From Vicugna vicugna (Eukaryota): a stretch of 64,000 nt of DNA. The stretch lies in contig MU058423.1 of NCBI GenBank assembly GCA_013265495.1, positions 1,687,061 through 1,751,060 on the forward strand, given 5' to 3'. A program made the translations under genes and the position numbers. Below, piece by piece: positions 57,750 to 64,000 of this stretch; position 1 is the first letter of the stretch; each line of letters begins with the position of its first letter. Below the pieces are notes generated by a model. It made no database searches. It was given only the letters and a program-made list of their open reading frames with translations, and was not told the origin of the DNA.

Positions 57750-60205
57750 CCTCACCTGCCAATGATGCTCCTGCACGCCTTACCTTAAGGAAGCCTATCT
57801 CCTCTGCCAGCACTCAGTTGCTGCCCTTGGAGATGGTGAAGGCTGCTGTTCCCCAGACCCCTCTCCTCAGAGCCACTCCCCTCAGCTTTCCTGCGCTAAT
57901 CCCTGTAATGAGGCTCCTGGACCTGGCTGCAGCACCAGCTTCCCTTCCATTTGAGTCATCTGTCAACAGGCTGGCCCTTCGCCAGTCAGTGAAAGCCTTG
58001 GCACCTTGCCCCCAGGTGTCCCCTCCAGTCCAGGCATCACTGTGACGTCTAGGCTCCTGGGCACTGTCCATCCACTGCCTCTGACCTCTTCCCCTGCAGG
58101 ATCCTACACCTTGACTCCACTTGGGCACCCCACCCAGGGCCATATCCTGGACTTTGATGAGACCTACTACTTGGGAATTTTAAACTCAAACGTCCCACTC
58201 TCACCCAGGCTTCAAGCTTTCTCTCTCCAAATCCCTCTACACCTTGTCTCTGCATCATTATTGGCACCTTCCACCCTTGATTACTCTCTTCTCTCCAAAT
58301 CTATCAGCCATCTCCAGTCTTCACTTCTGCCAAGAGGTGGCCCAGAGCCCTTGATTATTGCTCTAAGTATTTTCTTGCTAAATTTTCAGCCCCAAGACCG
58401 GAGGTTCTGCCCCTTCCTTCCTTCCCCATGGGCTCTGGATAGATCTCGGTTTGCATTGGTGAATGTCTTTCTGTCCCAGCTCCAGAGCCCTCACTCTCAG
58501 CCAAAGCCAATCCCAGCCCAGCCTGGCCTCTCTCTCTCTCATCAAAGAAGTGTCCCAGGTCTTATCTGATTGCGCTCCCTCCACCTGTGCTCTGAAACTC
58601 CCTCTTATGCCTTCCCTTTAGGAATTCTCTTCCTAATATTTTTTGCATCCTCGACTACTCATTCTGGACCCATTTTCCTCCATAAATTTCTTCCATCTAA
58701 AAACACCCCAGAACTTCCAACAGGACACTTCTTCAATATGACATTTCCTCCCACTACCACGTATTTTCATTATTTCCTTTGTATTCAAATTTCTTCAGAA
58801 GGTGCCTCTGAGTCCTTCCTCTCCCTCATTTCCCACTCACTGCTCAATCCATGGACTTGGCCTTTGCCCAACACTACTCCACTGAAACTGCAGCCCCCAC
58901 GTCGCTGACTCCAAGTGCGCAGTCAGTCTCACCCTGCCTGACCTCAGCTGCCTGTGCCACTGCCGAGCCCGCCTCCATCCAAGAGGCACCCCTCTCCCCT
59001 GATTTTCCTTCTGTATCTCTGGCCATGCCTTCTCCATCCCCTGTGTGGCTCCTCCCTCTCTTCTAGGCCCTTAAATGTTCCTGCTTCTTTCTCTTCTCTT
59101 CTGCCTGCTCCCTGTCCCTAGTGTCATCTCATCCATGTCAAAGGCCTCACCTGTACAGCGTCCAGATCTCCCTCAGGATCCAGCCCAGAAATCCTACATC
59201 CTGAGCTCCAGGCAGGAACCTCCCAATCCCAGTGCACTCCTCACTCGGGCATCCCACGGGCCCCTCAGACTCTAGAAGGCCCACACAGATCACTGAGCCT
59301 ATGACTCCATCCATGCAATATCTCTTGCCAGTTCACATGCACATCGTCTCTGCCTGGACACTGCAGCAGCTTCCCCACTGACCTCCCACCACCTGCACTG
59401 CTCCGTCCAGGCCATCACCACCCACAGCCAGAGGAGCCCCCACTCCCTCAACAGGAAAATTCAATCATATCATCCCTCTGCATAAAGTCCATTGAGCCTC
59501 CCTGCTTCCAAAATAAAGTCTGGAGGTAAGGGTATATAGCTCAGTGGTAGAGCGGGTGCTTACCATGCACAAGGTCCTGGGTTCAATCCCCAGTGCCTCC
59601 ATTAAAATACATACATAAATATATACATAAATAAACAAACCTAATTACTCCCCCACAAAAAAACCCCAAAAACAAAAAACAAAGCAAAGTGCAAATGGCC
59701 CTAGAGGAGCCTTCCAGACAGACTGTGAGATCTGACCCCTGCTCCCCTCCTAGTGCAACTCTTTTCTATTTCTTGTAACTTATGCTCCATCTAAAGCATG
59801 ATGCACAAGATGAAAGACTTAAAGTTCCCTTAAATTTTCCTGTTGTCTCCCTTCATACGTACACCAGTGCTGATTCCTCTTCCTAACTCTCCCCATGCCC
59901 AACTAACTCCCATTGGTCCTTCAATGCTCAACTCCTAGCCATTGATTCCAGAAGCCTCCATGACCTCCCCAACCCCTGCTCCCTCTGTGCTCCCACAGCA
60001 CCTTGCTTTCCCCTCCAGTGGCACCCCTCCCGCCCTTCAGGAATTGGCTGTTCACTAGCCTGTCTCCCTATGAGGTTTGAGGCCTTACCTGGGTCTTACC
60101 TCGGTCTGGCACTGGGTCTGGCACTGGGTCTTACTTGGGTCTTCCTAGGACCTATAGGTCAGTCACTGCTCAAGACACTGTTATGAATAAATGAATGAAT
60201 GAAAC
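57750..60205 (+). mobile_element. Long degraded L2 LINE, interrupted by a SINE at ~59522-59685
   Basis: Pyrimidine-rich L2 RT-region and 3' motifs (ccagggccatatcctggact; cccaacactactccactgaaactgc), ending gaataaatgaatgaatgaa. Confidence 0.7.
59522..59685 (+). mobile_element. tRNA-derived SINE (camelid Vic-1-like)
   Basis: A box tagctcagtggtagagc, B box gggttcaatccc, followed by ...aaacctaattactccccc and an A-rich tail. Confidence 0.9.
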
Positions 60206-61171
60206 GATCGAGGCACTGGATTTCCAAGAAGAATAAAAATCCAATTTCTCTGGCACTTTTGTCTTTTTCAGTGCCCTCCTTCTTGTTCATTCACCAAGGA
60301 GTCTTGGGGGCATGGGGAATGTGGATTATTTGACCTTAAGCTTCTCTCCAGGGTACCCACTCCCCTTATTCCCACCCATCATTCACTGGCCTCCTTCTTT
60401 CTCCCTTCACCCATCAGTGACTATTAAGGGCTTGATTATTGAGGGCTATTAAGGACTAGTAAGGGTACAGGCCAGGGCACTGAGAAAAGGCTTGTCTTTT
60501 TTTCTTTGAGAGAAAGACTCATTCTTGCCCTTCCTTGCTAGGGTGACAGGAAACACCTGAAGATGGCTGACAAAGCATTATGCAAACAGGTCAACCCAAA
60601 CCTGAAACCAAGAGTAGTTACCAAGAAAGGAAGTGCTGATGGGACACACAGAAAAGTAAGCCATCATCCGGTGTCACTCTGGAAGACTTCCTAGAGGTGA
60701 CCCCTCAGCTGGGTTTTCAAGGAGGTGGGAGAAAAGGAGGGCAGCAAATAGGGGCCTGGATATCATCACACAAGGAATGATGTGAGCAAAGGCAGGGAGG
60801 ACAGGGGATGAACCACAGGCCATGTTGAGTGTAACAAGATGTAAGAAGGTGACCTTTAATGAGGGTGCCTCTTAAGAGCCAAGCAGGGAATTCTGAACTT
60901 TCATGAAAGCAATTTGTAAGGGAATGGAGGTAAAAGGAAGGTGCCTTGGACGCTGCAGGTGTGAGGTGACCCCAGGATAAGGGGCTAGACTCTGGATATT
61001 GGAAATGGATAAGAAGGGGCCAATCCCAAAGCATCCATTACAACTCCCCAACAGTATACCAAGGCCAGGGGGCAGGGCTGGGTCCTCTCCTCACACAGAG
61101 ACCGTGTGCGGGTCTTTGATGACTTGACTGTCCCAGGCTTACCCTGGCCCCAGCAGTCCATGGGCTTTGTG

Positions 61172-61185
61172 CTGCCATCTAGTGG
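61172..61185 (-). promoter_or_regulatory. Candidate CTCF site (reverse)
   Basis: ctgccatctagtgg is CCACTAGATGGCAG on the minus strand, an exact core match. Confidence 0.65.
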
Positions 61186-62115
61186 TAGTGGAATGGAAGG
61201 CCAGTCTGAGTGGTTCTAGGACCTGCTGAAGAGGGTGTGGCCGGGGAGGGAGGGTGTGGTGGGTGCATGCTGGAGTTTGCTGAGGCTCTCTGGGGAGTGA
61301 GGGAAGAGGTGGTGACACGGGGCGGGGGGGGGTCCTCAAATCCTTACTTCTTCTAACAGGGTCAATTTCTTTGCACTTTCAGTCGCCCCTTTTTGGCCAC
61401 CAGTTACCACAGGGCTTGGCACAGAGAACTTAGTATTTTCTTGGCAATAATAATGAATTAACAATTGTTGGATGCCTACCATGCAGCAGGTGCTTATGTA
61501 TATTATCTAAATTACTTCTCATAATAACCCCAAAGTGAGGATAGTATGATTTTCTTTTAGTGGGAGAGGGAACTGAAACTGAGCAATTCATTGAGTCACT
61601 TGGTAAGTATTTATTGAGCATTCACTATATATCATATCATGCTAGACACAGCGGCCTGGAGGGGAATGCCTCTTGGAGGGGAAAAGAGAAGTGATGCAAA
61701 TAATTCCATAGTAATTAGTGAATTGTAATTGTGATGAGTACCCTAAAAAGGAGGAAAAGTACAACGTACTTACAGATGTTCACTAACTCTTGAGTCCGTT
61801 TGATTAAAACACATGCACTTCATCCAGCACGTGGCAACAAATAACCAAATGCTGAAATACACAGGGAAAAGCGAGAACAATTGTGTTTAGAAGGAGATAC
61901 CTAATGGAGCCTACTTCTCAGGGTGTTCTTCAAAGGTTAGCAGCATCTGGACAAATTCTGGTCAACACACCAGATTCTTGGCTCTTTAATAAATGTCCTG
62001 TGATGGACAGTACCTCCATTTCTGTTGTGTCAGAGGCATGGGTGGCCTTGTTAATATAATTTTCTGGTTTATTAAGACATTCAATTTCAATAACAAAAAT
62101 GCACTTCCCAAATAA

Positions 62116-62270
62116 GTTGTTCTAAAACCCTTGGGATTGCCTGGGGATCTTTTAAAATCCCTGATGTCAGACTCTCATCCCAGACATTCTGATTTAATCG
62201 ACCTGAAATGTGACCTGGATACCAGGAATTTTAAGAGTTCCCCCAGGAGGCCAAGTTTGAGAGCCACTCT
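62116..62270 (-). mobile_element. MER5-like DNA transposon relic
   Basis: cctggggatcttttaaaatccctgatgtcagactctcatcccagacattctgatttaat...aagtttgagagccact. Confidence 0.7.
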
Positions 62271-63879
62271 TGAAGATCCTCAAGGATCTGGCCTGGGAAA
62301 TGCAAGCCTGAGGAGAGCATGGGAGTCCTGTAGCCAGGGATGTGCTCCTGATTCTGAAAGACAAGACTAGCATGCCCAGAACAATGGGCTCTGCTGAGCT
62401 CTAAGTCAGTCAGCAGCCTGTGAGGTTGTGTCCACTCACTCAGCAGTCTTCTATCACCACTGTAGCATTTGTGCCTACATCGAGCCCGTGTCAGTCCATC
62501 TCTGCCCTCAAGGATCTGGTTGGGGGAGATGGGTCTAAAATGTTCAAGAGACTCTTGTGTGATTGGAGGTAAAATGTGGGAAGTCTGGGGTACCACAAGG
62601 GCACCGCAGTGGGGCATCTCATCTGGCTTCCTGCATCCTTTCAAGTCATCTCTCTTGTCCAATCCTCTATAAAGAAAACTCAACCAACTTAAGTCTGTGG
62701 GGCACACATTACATGCTAGGCACCAGGTGCCAAGCATGGATACCCCCTAAGACAGTATGGATGTGAATAAATGAGTCCCTACTCTCAAGGAGCTCACAGA
62801 CTGGGATGAATGGAGCCATTCCCTCCCATCCTTCTCATACAAAATAGCGGGGGGTGAATCCTGTCACTGAGTAGAAACCAGAGCTGTAAGAAATTGGAGG
62901 AAGGTCAGGTCAGCTCTGATACCCAGGAGGATTCTTCACAGCAGACCTTAAAGGATGGTTGGGAGTTCAGATGGGGAACATGGAAGAAGGGGAGAACATT
63001 TCACTTCTCCCCTATTTTGCTATACTCTTTCCCATTTCTCCTTCTTCTGTAAAGTCCATGGATCAACACTGAGAAGCCAGCTCCCAATTAGGACAAGCCC
63101 GGTGTGGAGGACAGAGCGGGGGATTGCTTCTTGGCTTTTGTGTGACCCGTGCCCACTACTGCTCCCAGCTGCACACTGCCTTTCCCCACATCAGGGCACA
63201 TGTGCAGCCTGTGATCAGTTGAAAACCCCTTCAACCATCACCATCATCTCCAAATGACAAGGCTTCATTGGTTAAAGCACTTGGGAATTAGCAGTGACTT
63301 TTTCATCTCATTTCAATCATCCACTCATATTGACTTCAAGAAAAGGGGAAACTCAACATTGCCCAAGAGCGGTCCCTCTGAATATAAACATCTGCCTCAA
63401 CATTTGCTCTGCTTTCAATACCCTCTTTTTCCATTCCTGTACTTGCTAGTTCACTTCCTGTCCACCTCATAGGAGTTTCTGCCTCTCTCATTTCCTCCCC
63501 AACCCAAGTCTGGCACTGACATTTTCTATAATTAGTTCTAGAATGTCTCCAATTTTATTTTAGTTTTCTTCTCTCACCTTTTGTCTTTTCTTTCCCTGCA
63601 CTCTTTCTTCAGATTTAATTAATCATTACACATTTATTGAGCATCTACTAAGTGCGGGCTTCACAGAGAAGCCCAGGAGCTAGTCCTGGTCCTGAAGTCC
63701 TTATGAGCTAATTGATGAGATAAGGACAAGCAAAAGCAGGTCAAGATAGCAGGGCATTAGCTCCCACACTCTTGCTGGTGTAAACTAGGGGCTCAGGTGG
63801 TCAGGACATCACACCTAAAAGAGGGAGATTTCAACATGGGGCAGTAGAAAGAATCTGGAACTACAGGGTGTTTGTGACT

Positions 63880-64000
63880 GGCCGTTAGCTGAACACTTAC
63901 TGTGAGCCAAGCAGTGTGCTGAGTGTTTTCTTTCCAGTGTCTCATTTCATCCTTAACAACTCCTTGAAGTAGGCGTTTTTATTATTCACATTTTACTGAT
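63880..64000 (-). mobile_element. MIR SINE (cut by window end)
   Basis: gaacacttactgtgagccaagcagtgtgctgagtg...tctcatttcatccttaacaac...cattttactgat. Confidence 0.75.

Noticed and set aside
58006..58569. 187-aa ORF
   Set aside because: It lies within degraded L2 sequence and has no independent evidence of being a gene.
59522..59605. Apparent tRNA gene (A and B boxes)
   Set aside because: It is followed by a SINE body and A-rich tail with no clean cloverleaf or oligo-T terminator, so it is a SINE.

Overview
Mammalian genomic DNA, most likely a camelid: two short tRNA-derived SINEs match the camelid Vic-1 type, and the L1 ends look cetartiodactyl. The only intact protein gene is the intronless voltage-gated K+ channel KCNA3/Kv1.3 (18158-19924, +). 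It sits in a CpG island that is interrupted by a 267-nt N gap over the promoter/5' end. The rest is non-coding, with a 5'-truncated KRT8 retrocopy, L1/L2/MIR/DNA-transposon remnants and candidate regulatory elements. Main observations: (1) a cluster of four RFX X-box-like palindromes in ~100 bp of the KCNA3 3' region, plus a perfect X-box at 48301; (2) two strong CTCF motifs in convergent orientation (8782 and 61172) bracketing KCNA3; (3) a TSD-bounded ~400-bp 'mini-L1' made only of the L1 5' tip and 3' tip; (4) a TSD-bounded chimera of a younger L1 3' region and an ancient-type L1 tail; (5) a KRT8 retrocopy whose target-site duplication supplies an in-frame ATG; (6) signs of a distal KCNA3 3' extension, namely a candidate non-coding exon at 35.3 kb and a poly(A) site near 39.3 kb. 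Repeat family names and comparisons with human sequences are from memory, and repeat boundaries are approximate.
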